A stretch of DNA of 63,011 nt, filler included, from Phoronis australis (taxonomy: Eukaryota > Animalia > Phoronida), in the NCBI GenBank assembly GCA_002633005.1. It is 6 parts of 6 records of this genome, joined end to end, with 100 filler letters (N's around TTAATTAATTAA, not from the genome) between each part and the next. Parts side by side here need not be neighbours in the genome. Positions count along the whole stretch, not along the records: positions 22,578 to 48,107 come from NMRA01001344.1; positions 48,208 to 51,943 come from NMRA01002863.1; positions 52,044 to 56,418 come from NMRA01002611.1; 3 more parts are not named here. One strand, given 5' to 3'. Made by a program: the position numbers and the translations under genes. The notes below the pieces were generated by a model. It searched no databases. It had not been told where the DNA came from and saw nothing but the letters and a program-made list of their open reading frames with translations. Each line of letters begins with the position of its first letter. Position 1 is the stretch's first letter. Positions 40,105 through 53,003 of the stretch are shown here, piece by piece.

Positions 40105-41189
40105 CGTGTGTATCGCAACGCCTCGTTTTGGAATTATGTACTTCCGTTAAGTTTGTGGCCCCCAAAAGACGGCGCTGCAGCTCAGTACGCGCGGCGGCGG
40201 CGATCGAGGCACTCGGGCGGAGCGGGGCCAGACTCAGTATTTTCAAAAAGCATATGACCAGGAAACCCCTTTTGAAGGATACCCCTTCAAAACATGACCC
40301 TATTGTAAAATTCGTTGCGCCCCATGTCCTTGAAATATCACCTCAAAGCGAGCCCGGGACACTGCATGGCTGGGCCCGCTATCAGTCTGACAACTAAAAA
40401 AGTCTGTTTGACATGGTGTACACTTCATGCGAATACACGATAACATGCCATGAAAAGGGGGAGACAGGAAGTAAAACTTATCTAACTGTCTCTCCCTTCT
40501 AATTTTAATCGTAGAATGTCTGTGATTTTTGCAACTTAACACAAACGGTCTAAAATATATCATAAATGAACAAAATAGCTATAGTCATTTGCGGCTGCGA
40601 ACCGATTGCACAAAATATAAAACGTGTAATAAGCATTACAAAAAGAAGTAGGTTACGCGCGCAAACGCTGTGGACCATAAACAAGTAGGTCTTTTAGTAT
40701 CAAAGTAGAAGTTAAATCGTGGTGGTAAAGCACGCGCGCTCTGTCTACCAGGTCGTGAGTTCGAGTCTATGGTATTTTTAGTTTTTGCTGTTTGACACGT
40801 TCTCCTTGTTTTTTTCTTGTTTTTTTTGCCTTTTTTCTTGGATAATTCTTCAGGAATCAAGAAAAATGCTTGAGTTTTTAGAGGAAAAAACAGAAAAATT
40901 TCCTGGGCGGGAGGGGGCAAACCTCCCTCCCCGGCTCCACCCATTCGGTGCTATGCGCATCTACAATCGTGGTTTGCGCAAATACTTGCAGACAAAATGT
41001 TGGGCCCCTCTCGTGATATCCTAGATCCGCCACTGGTCAGTCTGCAATTCATTAGACTGCGACCGACTGAAGTCAGTCCGTCACGGCAACGGTTTTCATG
41101 GCACCTTGTACATCGATCCCATCTGGCACTCTCATTAAAAGGCTTTTTTATCAGGAAATCTGATCTTGGGCCCTATTGTATGGCGGAGT

Positions 41190-41488
41190 CAGTGGCGGAT
41201 CTACGGGGGAGGGGTTCAGGGGGTTTAAACCCCCCCTTGGGCCAGGACCCAAAAATAAAAAAAAACATCTTCAGCAAAACAAAAACGGCATCGCCAGCGT
41301 GTGTAAACCCCAAGTAAACCAACTTGGAAAATTGAGGAAAATGTAATTTTTTGCATTTTGAATTGCTGTTATGAAAATCAACGCATTTCGAATCTTCGTG
41401 GCTCATCGGCAAAACGCAATTGTTCGCGCGCTTCCGTCGATACTTCTGAATTAAGTATAGCCAAGAATTTTAGATGGATCCACCACTG
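41190..41488. mobile_element. hAT-like MITE (CAGTGGCGGATC termini)
   Basis: cagtggcggatc at 41190 and ggatccaccactg ending 41488. A further right end, ctagatccgccactg, lies at 41021-41035. No clean TSD seen. Confidence 0.6.
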
Positions 41489-44480
41489 AAAGAGCAGCGC
41501 TATAACTGATTTCTTTACGTAACTAGCTTTTTTACTCTAAGGTTTGTTTTGATTTGATTAGGGGAAATGCTGTGGTGCCGCAACCCTGATATTCAGGCGA
41601 ATTAACGTGCAACGTTTTTACCTCATCTGTCATGCCGTGTCATTCCATTATACCCCACACGTTTGTAACTCGAATTTGACTGGTGTATAGTAAAGTTGTC
41701 TTGCGCAATATCATACAGTGTACATGTACATGTAATATTTTTGAAAAGAACTCGTTTCCGAAGAATTGGTATTGTCGCGGGCGCCGTGGTCTGATCGCGA
41801 GTTCGTTTGAAGATGCACTCTAACAAGTTATGTCTATACAAAGAATGACCAAGGGGGCACTCACATTGACAAAGTGATCACATTCGCGAACAGTACTGTA
41901 CACTGAGTACCAGCAATTGCGGGGAGGCTGTATTTTTACAGCAAAGTCTTGTGGGACTCGTGCGATGTTCAATGGGCCTCCTAAGGAGCTCTAGTTCCGA
42001 CCTCAACACCTACCGTCTTTCTACCTGCAATAAGCACCACTGCCGTTTTCTATACTGGGAATTTCCGCAGAAAGGCCCACCCGATGAAACGCCCATCATG
42101 GGCATTTATTTGATGTTAGTAGGCCTACTTAGGGTTTCAAGCGCTCAGACATTGGGACGTTTATTCCGAAAATGGCAAGATATGCAAATAGGTCTAGGTT
42201 TGAAGTAGTTCATGATGAACGGATCAAATTTAGTTACGCAGCCTAGACAACAGAAGGATAGGACTAACGTATGAGTAACCGCTGGGGATTAAAAAGTGTC
42301 AAATTGTTTTTGCATAGTACACTTTAGGTCTCGCAACGGACCAGGCCAGCTTGATTTGAGTAGATGTTGAGTTTTAGTGTACTTCTGGTCCTTCTGCAAC
42401 CTAGTCCAGTATATCTTTTCACCACTGTGATGTTTTGGTTTCGTGAAACTGTTTTCAGATGATTTGTTTCCTGATACATTTGACGTTTTTCAATTGTTGT
42501 CAACGTGATTCATCTTAATAAAGTGATACTTAATTATTCATTGTCGCTTTTAATAATCGACTATGAACTGACAGCACCATCGTTCCCAGTTTTTCTCGTA
42601 AGGAGGCAGAACAAATGTATATTTCCGGACTAACAGTACACCTCCTTCGTTCTTAAACAACTTGAGGCTGCTGTTACACGATCATCTGATATTCACGTTT
42701 TTACGCCCCATGGGTGCTCCTTATCCTCTTGAATATTTGGAAGTTGTCTAACCCCTGTATGCACACCACACTTTTTCGTATACGACTTTTCGTATACTAA
42801 AAAAGATGTGTGTAAGCAGATGTTCCAACAAAAATTTTTGCTGGTGGCGTGACTCATATCCAGATGTGCACAATATGGTTTCACGAAACCTATTAGCCAA
42901 GTTCATGTGACGAAATCGAGAAGGGGTTTTCATTATCTTAAGAAAAACTCCAGAGACATATTAAGTGCCAGAAAATTACCAGGATGCATGGAAATTTCAC
43001 TATTTGGCTACAAAAACAGTAAGTAACGTGACGTGTTACTAGGGATCACACTGCACGTGTTTAGTGTAATTGACAAGGTCGCCTATTTGCAGATTTTTTG
43101 TTTTCACATATACAAACTGTTATTGAATACAACTGTACTTTGTTTAGAGAAAATTAATATTTTTGAAATAACATTGTCGTTTAGTTCCTGGTATACATTA
43201 GCACAGTTAGGAGCGAAACATCTTTAACACGTCTAGTACTATGTCTTGTACGAAAAGACTTCCTGTGAAGTGGTGATTTTGAACGGATGCTAAAGACGAT
43301 TACTTTTTTGTCATGACATGAATTACTTCGGAAATTCTCGCACGAACAAGTCAGTAGTTTCTTATATAGTACTTATCCATGAGTTGTTGTCAAACTCCGC
43401 AAACGACTTGTGATCTCAGTGTAACGGACAAGATTGTTCAAATTGAAGTAAAAAATGGATTCTATTGAATACCGCTTGTTTGAAAATGATGAAAACAACT
43501 TAATTATGTAGCTATGCACATTTGCTCACCCATTTGACAAAAAAAAACAACAAAACAAGATTTCATGTCTGGAAGCTCTTTTTAAAAACTAGCTTACTAT
43601 TGTGAAAATGTTTTGCACTAAACATTGAAAGTCTACCTACGGCAACTTTCCACTTATTTATCGTACAATAAGGCCGATAAGTGAAATTCTACTCCTCGAC
43701 AGAAATAAAGATTAGGGAATTTTCAGTCTATTACTAGCCTGGTTTGTAAAGTATAGATGACAATAAACAAAATTTGAAAAAAAATCCACAATTTACAGTA
43801 AAGTAATTAGCCTTTGAAAAATGGAAAAGACAAATTTTAATTCCACAATTAGTTTGGTGCGAAATGAATGAGGGATTACCGTAAACTTTTATTTACCGAA
43901 GCGTAGATGCTGGACTAACGCCAATCCGTAAAAATTCTCATTATAGCATTATCTGAAATGAGATTCTGAAATTAAATTTTACTGAAATGAACTGTTCCCT
44001 AATCTCACCACAACAGCGAGACGCTTTGAACGATATGTTTGCATTATTCAGCAGTCGAGCTCTGCGCCTTTTCTGATTGGAGCGTATATGAGCGCACGTA
44101 TTACCAATAAAAAGCGAGAAACTTGCACTCAGGAAATTAACTTCAATTGGTTTCAAGTTGGTCATACATGATACCTGGCAAGTTGCAATGGATTCTATAT
44201 TTAGTGATATCTGTTAGTTTGCAATGGCGAAGTATTCATCGATTAACTGATCACGCCGTTATAATGACAAGTTTCTCATTGTCAATGATAACTACGTCAT
44301 TGATTGAGCTATGCCCTCCACTGGAACCGACGAAATCATGGTCATTTTACATTCCGACGAAACATGCAATACCCAATATGAATAAGAATATCAATTAATG
44401 GTCATTTATAATTCAAACAATCAAAGTAATTCCGACATATGATCATCTGTCGACGACTATTACCGCCTTGACTAGTGAAA

Positions 44481-45443
44481 ATGGCAAAGGGAAAACGACG
44501 CGCCAATAGACCTAAAGAACACTACAGCGAAAGACACTACGGAAAAATATACGCTTGGAAAAAATCCTGGGGAGTGTCTCATCACAAAGGCCGCTGCAGG
44601 ATTTTGTCGTTAATCTTCATACTCGGACTTGCCGTTTTCATATACGGACTTGTCACGTTCATTGCTTTTGGCAACGAGTGGAGAATTTACGGACCTGTTT
44701 TATTCGGTGTGGGAGGGCTAATTTGTGTCACGTGTGTGACGGTTTACCTAGTGTTTCGGAAGAAGTTCTCCAAAAGAAGTGTCGTGGTGACACAAAGCAA
44801 CAGAATGCCAGTAGCTCCGGATGAAGGGGTGTCGTCAGGCCGTGTAAGGTATTTAGGAGTGGCGCCCACTGTCTCAAACTCGCATAGGTAACGTACTTCT
44901 GTCGGTATCATTTTTGCATAGTTCACTTTACAGTACATGATGACAACCTCAAACATTTCTGGGCTTGTATTAAAATGTTTTACCTGAGTATATTTATTTT
45001 TATTGTCAAATTAGCGATTTTCAGGTCTAAGTTTGTGCTATTCGTAATAGTTACACACAGGAAAATTATAACTTAGAGTTATTTTTGTCCCGTAAAGGCG
45101 AAATACTAATAGAATACGTCAAAGCGCACGTATTCATTTTAAATTTCTCATTTAGGCTACTCACTGTAACGAATTTGGCCTCAAAATATTGCTTTAGGGA
45201 GGCTTTTGTCGAGACTCTAAAGAATGGTGGGTAGATGTACGCAACGACAAAAATAGCCAAAATATTCCAGGGGAATAGGGCTTTAGACGTCGTCTCTTTT
45301 CTTCATACATACTCACTTCATTCAGTTATGTTTTTTCCCATTTAAGCCAAAGCGCTGTAGCGGTTATTTCACTCAGTGGTGATTGTGTAGAGTTGCAACC
45401 CCAACAAACGCCGAAGAGCGAAGCAAGGCAGCTCAAGGATTGA
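44481..45443 (+). CDS. Uncharacterised small two-pass membrane protein (about 167 aa)
   Basis: Exon 44481-44887 encodes a basic N-terminus, TM1 ILSLIFILGLAVFIYGLVTFIAF, a short loop, TM2 IYGPVLFGVGGLICVTCVTVYLVF and RKK stop-transfer, with donor AG|GTAACG. Exon 45347-45443 is in phase (SQSAVAVISLSGDCVELQPQQTPKSEARQLKD*). Confidence 0.72.
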
Positions 45444-48348
45444 TGACTCAGACGATAACAATGCTCCAGCCGCTTCTGACGACAGACTGGGTTTCTTAAA
45501 GACAACCGTTTACCATTAAAAAATTCCCAGGGATACGTGTAACATGTCCTACTACAGAAAAGCTATCTGTGGTAGCTTCTCGCTACATCTGACATATTTT
45601 GACGCCGCTAACACTCAGACAGCGCTATGTATACAGTCGACAGTATTGTGAAAGAGTGAACAGATGCCAGAAACGTGATTGGAAATTGAAAGATGCCAGT
45701 GCGGATGGCTACTGAAAGCGGGTAATCGCTCTTTGCGTTTATCACGTTAACAGTCCTATCTTACTAATTGCTCCTCAACCAAACTTTTCAGAAACGGATG
45801 GTTTGGTTAAACTTGTTCTTTTTTGAAAATTACTTAACATTGCTACGTTGTCAAAAATTGCATACGGGACATATGCTCATATTGGTTGTGGGCGCCATAT
45901 TTTGAAGTTGTGCCTGAAGTTAACGGAACTCTCGCTGACACTGAAATAATTAGAGGTTGAACATATTTGGGCATTTTAATTTCTAAAATAATAACGCCCA
46001 GGGTGAGTTGTCAGATACTGGTCGTATACGACGTGCTGATAAAAATTATGCTAGGGGAATTTTTTTCCGCAAACGTGACAGAGTTATATATTCCAGTATA
46101 AACAGGAACATGCTGGGGTAGGTTTAATTTTGATGATGGTGTTGTACTGGCACCGTTCACGTCTTTAGTCCCGCAAACAGTGGTTGCTAACGAAATCAGA
46201 ATGATGGTTTTTCGATGAACTTGGAACACTTGCAGTGCGGATAGACAGGATCTTGCGGGATATAAAGCACGATGTAGACCTCATGATTATCTCAGTGAAT
46301 ATACGCACAGGAGTGAACGTCAGAAGCCTAAAGTGAAATGAACTCGAGTTCATCATGGGGTTTCGGAAAACATTTTGTTTTCGTTACTACTATCCGATGT
46401 GAATTAGGCTAACAATCAAATAATTATGCGGAACATACGTTACTTAGGAGACGAGTGACATCGTCGACAACGCAAGACTCGTGGATTCTTATTCTCAATA
46501 CTTGAGTGGCCACCAGCAAAACGTTACGCTGTATAATCGCGTGAGGTTTTTCATGAATGTCTCTTATGCCAATTATCAGCGCATCTAACCGTGTCACCGA
46601 ACTCAACGTGCACACCCACGAGGTGTTTTAATCGATCTGACATCTGAATGAAGCTCAGACAGTTAATGATGGGTAAGTGATCTATGAATAGACTTTAAGG
46701 CTTAAAATCGCCTGATTGTGTGAATCTGTAGTGAAATATCACGGAGAACAAAAGGAAATGATTCAGTTATCAGTTTAGGTACGCTTGCCGGGGTCGTCCG
46801 CCATATTTACTACGCGCTTGTGGAACTTCGCAACGGCAACTGTGGTGGGCGTGGCTGACTGCGTTTGTCAACAAATGGCCAAGAAAGCTTGGCAAAATGG
46901 ATTATTCTGAATTTTAACTTTATTGTGATTTATTGTAGTACAAAATACGATTTTTTCAACATACGTGTCTGTGTAATCATGGATAATATATTTTCAAGTA
47001 AAATAAGATCACTTTCGTTAGCTTAGACGTTTTATTAACACTGGCACGTCTCAAATTCTTATTATAAACCCATTTCGAAGAAACTTTTTTTAGACCACAT
47101 TCCTGGCTGGCTTCATCTTGCTTCTTACTCTGCATGGGTTTAAGTTGGAAAAAAAATAACAGCTTAGCTTTTAAGACAGAACTCAGCGTGCAAAACAACC
47201 CGCCCAGAAATCCCGCTTATTTTGACTAAAACCAAGAACAATTCGAGATTCGCGCGTGGTAATGTTTAAACTTTTAACCCCAAAGCGCTTCAGTTACGGG
47301 GCAAAGCAGTGCTGTAGTGGTAAAATTAGAGGTAAGTAGGCGCCCAAAGCCCACCGTATCACCTTGAGCACTGAACATAACTTACGGTACGTAGGCGCTA
47401 CGTTCAAATGCCAAAAGGTGGTTGGCTGCGCCTACTTGCGCCTACGCTTCACTACAGCACTGGGGCCATTCACGTTCCTGATACGCATGCCCAGAAGCAT
47501 AAAAAGAGACAGTGCGAATGCAATCGTATAGGCATGCTCGTTGTCGTTGTGGCAATGTTAGCTTCAGTACTGTGAAGTCAGGCGAGAGCGTATGCTTGTA
47601 TGGGGGAAATGTCTGGCAATTCCCCTGACTACACGTACAACATAGGTGCCGCCACAAGACACGGCCGAGGCACTGCCTTTTAGTTGCAGTCACAGTGCCC
47701 CACAACAATGAAAACGTGTGACTATGTTTACTGGAAGGTTTCGTCGACCGAAAGAGCAAAATTCTCCGCATATTAAACAAAACATGTGTACTTACTAAAC
47801 GCAGTAAAAGTTGATGCAGATCTTTTTTTTGGAAAACACATTTTGCTAGTGAATTGTTTTGTGCCTGCATTACACGGTCTTACTGGAAACTTGAGCAGAC
47901 GAGCAGGTGCCATTTTTAACAAGTTTAGTTGAAAGCATATTAAAATAACAATACCAGGCCTATCGTGGATTTGAAATACATCTATATGTAGCAACATGTA
48001 AATAGTCTTAAAACTAATCTCGATGATAACCTCGTACTAGGTGAATTTAAACATTACATGCTCGTATATCAGACAAAATAACTGGGCTCTCTTGGTCAAT
48101 GTTACATNNNNNNNNNNNNNNNNNNNNNNNNNNNNNNNNNNNNNNNNNNNNTTAATTAATTAANNNNNNNNNNNNNNNNNNNNNNNNNNNNNNNNNNNNN
48201 NNNNNNNGGATTCCAAGTTCACGTACAGCAAGCTCGCGTCGGGGTAGACACTGTGCTAGCGCACAGACGATGGAGCTCCCATACGAGCTTCATACGCCGG
48301 AAGCTTTTCACTGAATTATACCTTGATCGCACTGACTAAAACATCAAA

Positions 48349-48740
48349 GTCACATTGTTATAAATACCTTTTGCACACAGTCATAGAGGGACACCTTAGC
48401 TTAGGTAAAGGAGGTGGTCCATGTACTCTATTTAATTCCTTCCAACTTGAACAAATACTCCTGTTATCAAACTATTTGTTCAAGCAGTCCCTTGTTCAGT
48501 TCCCAAAATAGGTATAACTCGGCATTTTCTCACTGCGCACGCCAGAGGATACATACGTCATCCCACCTGTTGGGCGCAGTCTTAAAAATGACGAGTTTCC
48601 AATTTTTAGAACTGAACGAGGGACTGCTCGAAGAAAAAGTTTGATAACAGGAATATTTGTTCGAGTTGGAAGGAATTAAATACACCGACAGCCTCCTAAA
48701 GTGTCCGTCTATGTGCAAAAGGTATTTATAACAACGTGAC
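48349..48740. mobile_element. Foldback MITE (about 390 bp, palindromic over nearly its full length)
   Basis: gtcacattgttataaatacc... / ...ggtatttataacaacgtgac termini; the arms pair imperfectly almost to the centre (about 48555). Confidence 0.8.
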
Positions 48741-48889
48741 CAGGATCTCAGAGCTTTTTTGAGCATGAAAAGGTAACCAATTTTCTTTGGTGCCACAGTG
48801 CTCTGTGGGTATCCTAATGCTTGGAAATGACCGTCTGGCATGTTCGCTTTGGTGGGTGTGGTCAGGGGAGCCAAGTGAATGACAGTCAA

Positions 48890-49650
48890 AAATTGAGCTA
48901 GATCAACTTTTCTGGTAACCACTTAAAACTGCCTTGGATACCTACTACATAATCCCCTGTATCAAAATTGGTCACTGCCAGACAATTTCAGTGGTGGGGA
49001 GTATCAGACAGACGGTTATAAACAAGGTAAAAAAAATTGAGCTAGATCAATCCAAGTGGTAACCGCATGAAACCAGTTTCAAAATATTCATCGTGGGCCC
49101 AGGTGTCACAAATGAACACTGCCAGACAAATCTAGTGGTGGGTTAGCCCCGCCAGACACACCCAAATACCCGAGTTGAGTTAGTTCAATCTACTATGTAT
49201 TTCCATTTGAAACCAATTGCACGATGTTCAGCATCACATGGCACAACTGTTAGATGCCAGACAATTTCAGTGGTGGGGTGCCCCTGCCAGACGATTATCA
49301 AAAAGGGTTAAAAATTGAGCTAGATCGCCCCAAGAGGTAATCACTTAAAACCAGTATATATTCACCGTAAGCCCAAGTATCACGAATAAACACTGCCAGA
49401 CAAATCTAGTGGTGGGTTAGTCCCGCCAGACGCGCCAAAAAAACCAGAGTTGAGCTAGGTCAACCCAAGAGGTAACCGCATGAAACCAGTTGCAAAATAT
49501 TCGCCGTAAGCCCAGGTATCTAGAATAAATACTGCCAGACAAATCTAGTGGTGGGTTATCCCCGCCAGACACGCCCAAGTACCTGAGTTGAGCTAAGTCG
49601 ACCCACCAGGTAACCGTTTGAAACCAATCGTCCGATGTTCAGAATCACTG
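48890..49650. repeat. About 140-bp satellite, 5-6 diverged copies (possibly a HINE core)
   Basis: ttgagcta landmark near 48893, 49037, 49176, 49314, 49450 and 49588. Most units contain ggtaacc...gccagacaa.t..agtggtggg. Confidence 0.85.
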
Positions 49651-50014
49651 CACGTGACACAACAGTAATTTGCTCCAATTAGACAAGTAAAGACTCGAAA
49701 CAAAATTGATTACAAACCCATTCGCAATGAATAAGCATCACATTGAGGAACCAGGCACTTCAATTTTTTAAGAAAGCCACTGAGTCCGTACGACCTAGGT
49801 TACCACACAAGGTGAAAGATTTTTGTCTGCAAGTTTACGTCAGGGCATGAGAACCAGAAACATCGCGCCTGATGTTGCAGCGACCTCACAAGTCCATTTT
49901 TAAACAGTGGAATACTCAACATTATTCACTATTAAAAACAAAACCTAAAAACCTGTCTGAGACAGATAGCACATTGTGTTTGCACGAATTTTGATTTTTC
50001 GTTGTCTTATTTTA

Positions 50015-51385
50015 CAGGGGTTTTCTGTAGATAAGCCCCTGGGCGTGTATTCGCAAAATAAAAATTTTCAGGCATTTTAGTGACACCAATAAAAGCCCGG
50101 GGATTTATTCAGAAAAAAGGGCTAGTAAATGGAATGTCAGAACTTTAGCTACGTAAATACCAGCGTGAAGCGCAATATGTATTTTTGTATTGAAACAGCC
50201 CTTCTGGGTGGATTAGTAGACCTTAAAAGAACTGTTGTGAATACGTTGATATCTGTTAACAACGTTAATTGTGTAGCAACTTATCAATTTTTGCAATATC
50301 TGCACAGTGGGATAAGAAAGTTAATATTCATGACACTTCTAGACCTCCTTGAGGCAAAGATAATCGCACCCAAGGTCGCTTAGCAGAAATTCTATGAACG
50401 TCAGGTTGAATACTGAGTACTGTGAAACAAATTTAAGCCAGCTTTCTTGGTATGTGCCCTACCGTAAGTCCGTCTTTGACTAGTTTCATGCTTTACCAAT
50501 CAAGCCTGTACCCATTAACAACATTGAAGTCCAGGTAGGGAATCCATGAATGAGTCTCTTATGATGCAATACATACAGACAGTAATAATGAGGCAAAGTC
50601 CTTTTTTCAACACTGACAAATCCGTTTTGCTTATGAACGCACACTAGAGCCACTGGGCTGAAACTGTATCCGCAGAGTTTCAAAAATTGAATATTTTCGT
50701 GAAGATAATTCCAGCCAGAATGAACGGTTTTCTTCAGCCACTTGATGTTTCTGTTAACGCTCCGTTCAAAGCTAGGGGTTGCGAGATCAGTATCAGTATT
50801 GGCTTGAAACCGCGAGAAAAAAATACCCCGAGAGGATATCGCCGCCGCCCATCCAATGAGAATTTGTATCTTCAGCCATGCGGCAAATCCCGCAAGACAT
50901 CATTATCAGAGCGTTTGAATGTTCCAGCATTGCTGCTGATGGGCAAATGGCCTCTACCTTATTCCTCAACGCCCGGATTCGCAAACACATGGGGTACAAC
51001 ACGGGTATCCAAGAGATGGACGCAAGTCAGTAGATCTCTTCATCAACTCGAAGATGGAATGAGTCACTCGGAGTAGGAGCTGAGTGAAAACATGGACATG
51101 GACTGAATACACGTAGATTTAGAGGTTTCCTGACTGGTTATTACTTCAAAGTGTTTTTTTGAAAATTTTATGTTAATAAACACATAATTCAGCAACACTT
51201 TGTTCGATTTTACAAACGATAAATGCACCAAAAACTGAATTTGTGGCTAAAAGTTGACATTAAGTAAGCTTTTAAGAGAACAGTTTCCGAATAAACGCTC
51301 CACTATCTGGACACTTGACACATAATTTTCCAAATAAAGGCACATGGGCTATTCATCGGGTGAGCTTATCTACGGAAAACCCCGG
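50015..51385 (+). mobile_element. Decayed pogo/Tigger-family DNA transposon
   Basis: TIRs caggggttttctgtagataagc (50015) and gcttatctacggaaaaccccgg (to 51385), flanked by TA. Internal frameshifted DDE_1 relic KIIPARMNGFLQPLDVSVNAPFKA (about 50700-50775). Confidence 0.88.
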
Positions 51386-51559
51386 TACCAGTCTGCATCC
51401 CTCTGTTTTTGGACGAGCCATTTGTTACTACTGCTAAAACGAATAGTAATCGAAATGCCGTCTTTTGCTGTTGTCTGCGTTACGTATGCGTGCCAACTAT
51501 CTTCATTTCACACAGTGATCAGTTTTGGGCAATCTCCATCTTTATCGTAAACCGAGCCC

Positions 51560-51810
51560 ACAGAGAACTCCAGAGATGCGTCAAGAACAATGACTTCAGT
51601 GGCTACATCATCATTTTCCCGACTATGCTAGATATATTCTTTGCCCTGAATACCCAAACTACGCCAGATGGTGAACATTGTTTTACCAAAAGTTGAAATT
51701 GGCAGACCCAATATTACGTGAAGCGCTGGAAAATGGTGCGTTCTCAGTGTTATGTACGAGGAAGAACTTCAATAGATCGGCTGTTGACCTCTCTTTGAAA
51801 CAGTCCGTAT
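51560..51810 (+). pseudogene. Transposase-like relic (FFALN..NYARW / F.R...DL.LEQ family)
   Basis: Frameshifted MLDIFFALNTQ/NYARW...LENGAFSV..TRKNFNRSAVDLSLKQS resembles a widespread invertebrate DNA-transposon protein. The superfamily (possibly CMC/Chapaev-like) is not established from this sequence. Confidence 0.55.
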
Positions 51811-52043
51811 TTTTATGTTTGATATGGTGTTCTCCAAAAAAGCTGAAAACACCTCTGTGGCACCTGATATTGAGTACGTACGGTCGTGTTAGATTTTGTG
51901 GAAACTGAAAGCTGTAAGGCAGATAAAACATTCCGTTCATGTTNNNNNNNNNNNNNNNNNNNNNNNNNNNNNNNNNNNNNNNNNNNNTTAATTAATTAAN
52001 NNNNNNNNNNNNNNNNNNNNNNNNNNNNNNNNNNNNNNNNNNN

Positions 52044-52420
52044 ACGTTACATAGTACAGTGTACATTTAATTTAGTTTCCATGACAATTCCTTCTGTAAT
52101 TGCGCTCTTATGTATGCAATCTTATATTCGTGTTTAATGTCATTGTTCTTGTTTCATGTATCTTACACGATAGCGTTTATGATTTTTAAATTTATTTGCC
52201 TTTGATGACTGATGTATAGTCGAAGTACCGCTACTGTTTTATTATGATATGTTTTGTACAAAGTTTTATTATATATTTACTCATATGTGTTCGTGATGCC
52301 ACTTACACTGGGCGATCTATTATATCAACTACCATCCGATGAAAGACACTTGTGTAGACACTGCGAAAGTTTGTTGTACAAACTAATTAAAGCAAAGAAC
52401 AGCTTACTTTTCAATGCAAC

Positions 52421-52464
<44 letters not shown>

Positions 52465-52470
52465 ATATTC
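52044..52470 (+). mobile_element. Penelope-like element pLTR / ORF-start relic
   Basis: MPLTLGDLLYQLPSDERHLCRHCESLLYKLIKAKNSLLFNATCI resembles PLE N-termini and runs into (ATATGT)n. A decayed hammerhead-like core tgatgact...agtcgaag lies at about 52202-52225. Confidence 0.45.
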
Positions 52471-52929
52471 TAAAATGTCATCCTCACAGAGAGGCCACTT
52501 GCTAGCTATATTAACACTAGTAAACAGCGGCCTAGTTCAGTACGGTAGCTAGTCGGGATCATACCAACTGAATCTGGGATCACTAAAATCAATATAGGCC
52601 GCCCCAGTTGTTGCGGTCTCACGAAAGATTTTGTTGTGACGGAAGCCAGACGAAATAAAACTGAACCTCGAAGAATGAACAACGGTGTTTTAATCCACCG
52701 TGTTCAAAACGGCACCGCAATGTGGACAATTGGTTTTAAGAACAAGGTTTTGTGGTCATTGTCGGATCGAGGCGGTCGGTATTCAAGGTCACTGCAGATA
52801 TGACCTCTTTCTCATTCATCCCCTTCTATGTACTTCACACTCTTAACTGAAGTCGAGTCAGTATTCCGAAGTGCTTCTCCGATTCAATACTCTTGAATAC
52901 ACTATAAGCTAAAGACCGACGGAGTTCAG

Positions 52930-53003
52930 AGGACTGAGTGGGAGTCACTTTGGGTCTTCCAAATGCGAGTCCGGAGCTCAAACCACTGAGGCACACTGTC
53001 TCC
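52930..53003 (-). mobile_element. tRNA-derived SINE-like head
   Basis: Minus strand begins ggagacagtgtgcctcagtggtt, the same 5' start as the unit ending at 11770. The B-box is degenerate. Confidence 0.4.

Noticed and set aside
40106-40119. Promoter X-box for DNAAF5 (gtatcgcaac)
   Set aside because: Only a partial half-site; too weak to call.
40718-40770. tRNA gene upstream of DNAAF5
   Set aside because: Only A- and B-box-like remnants with no acceptor stem; likely a repeat fragment.
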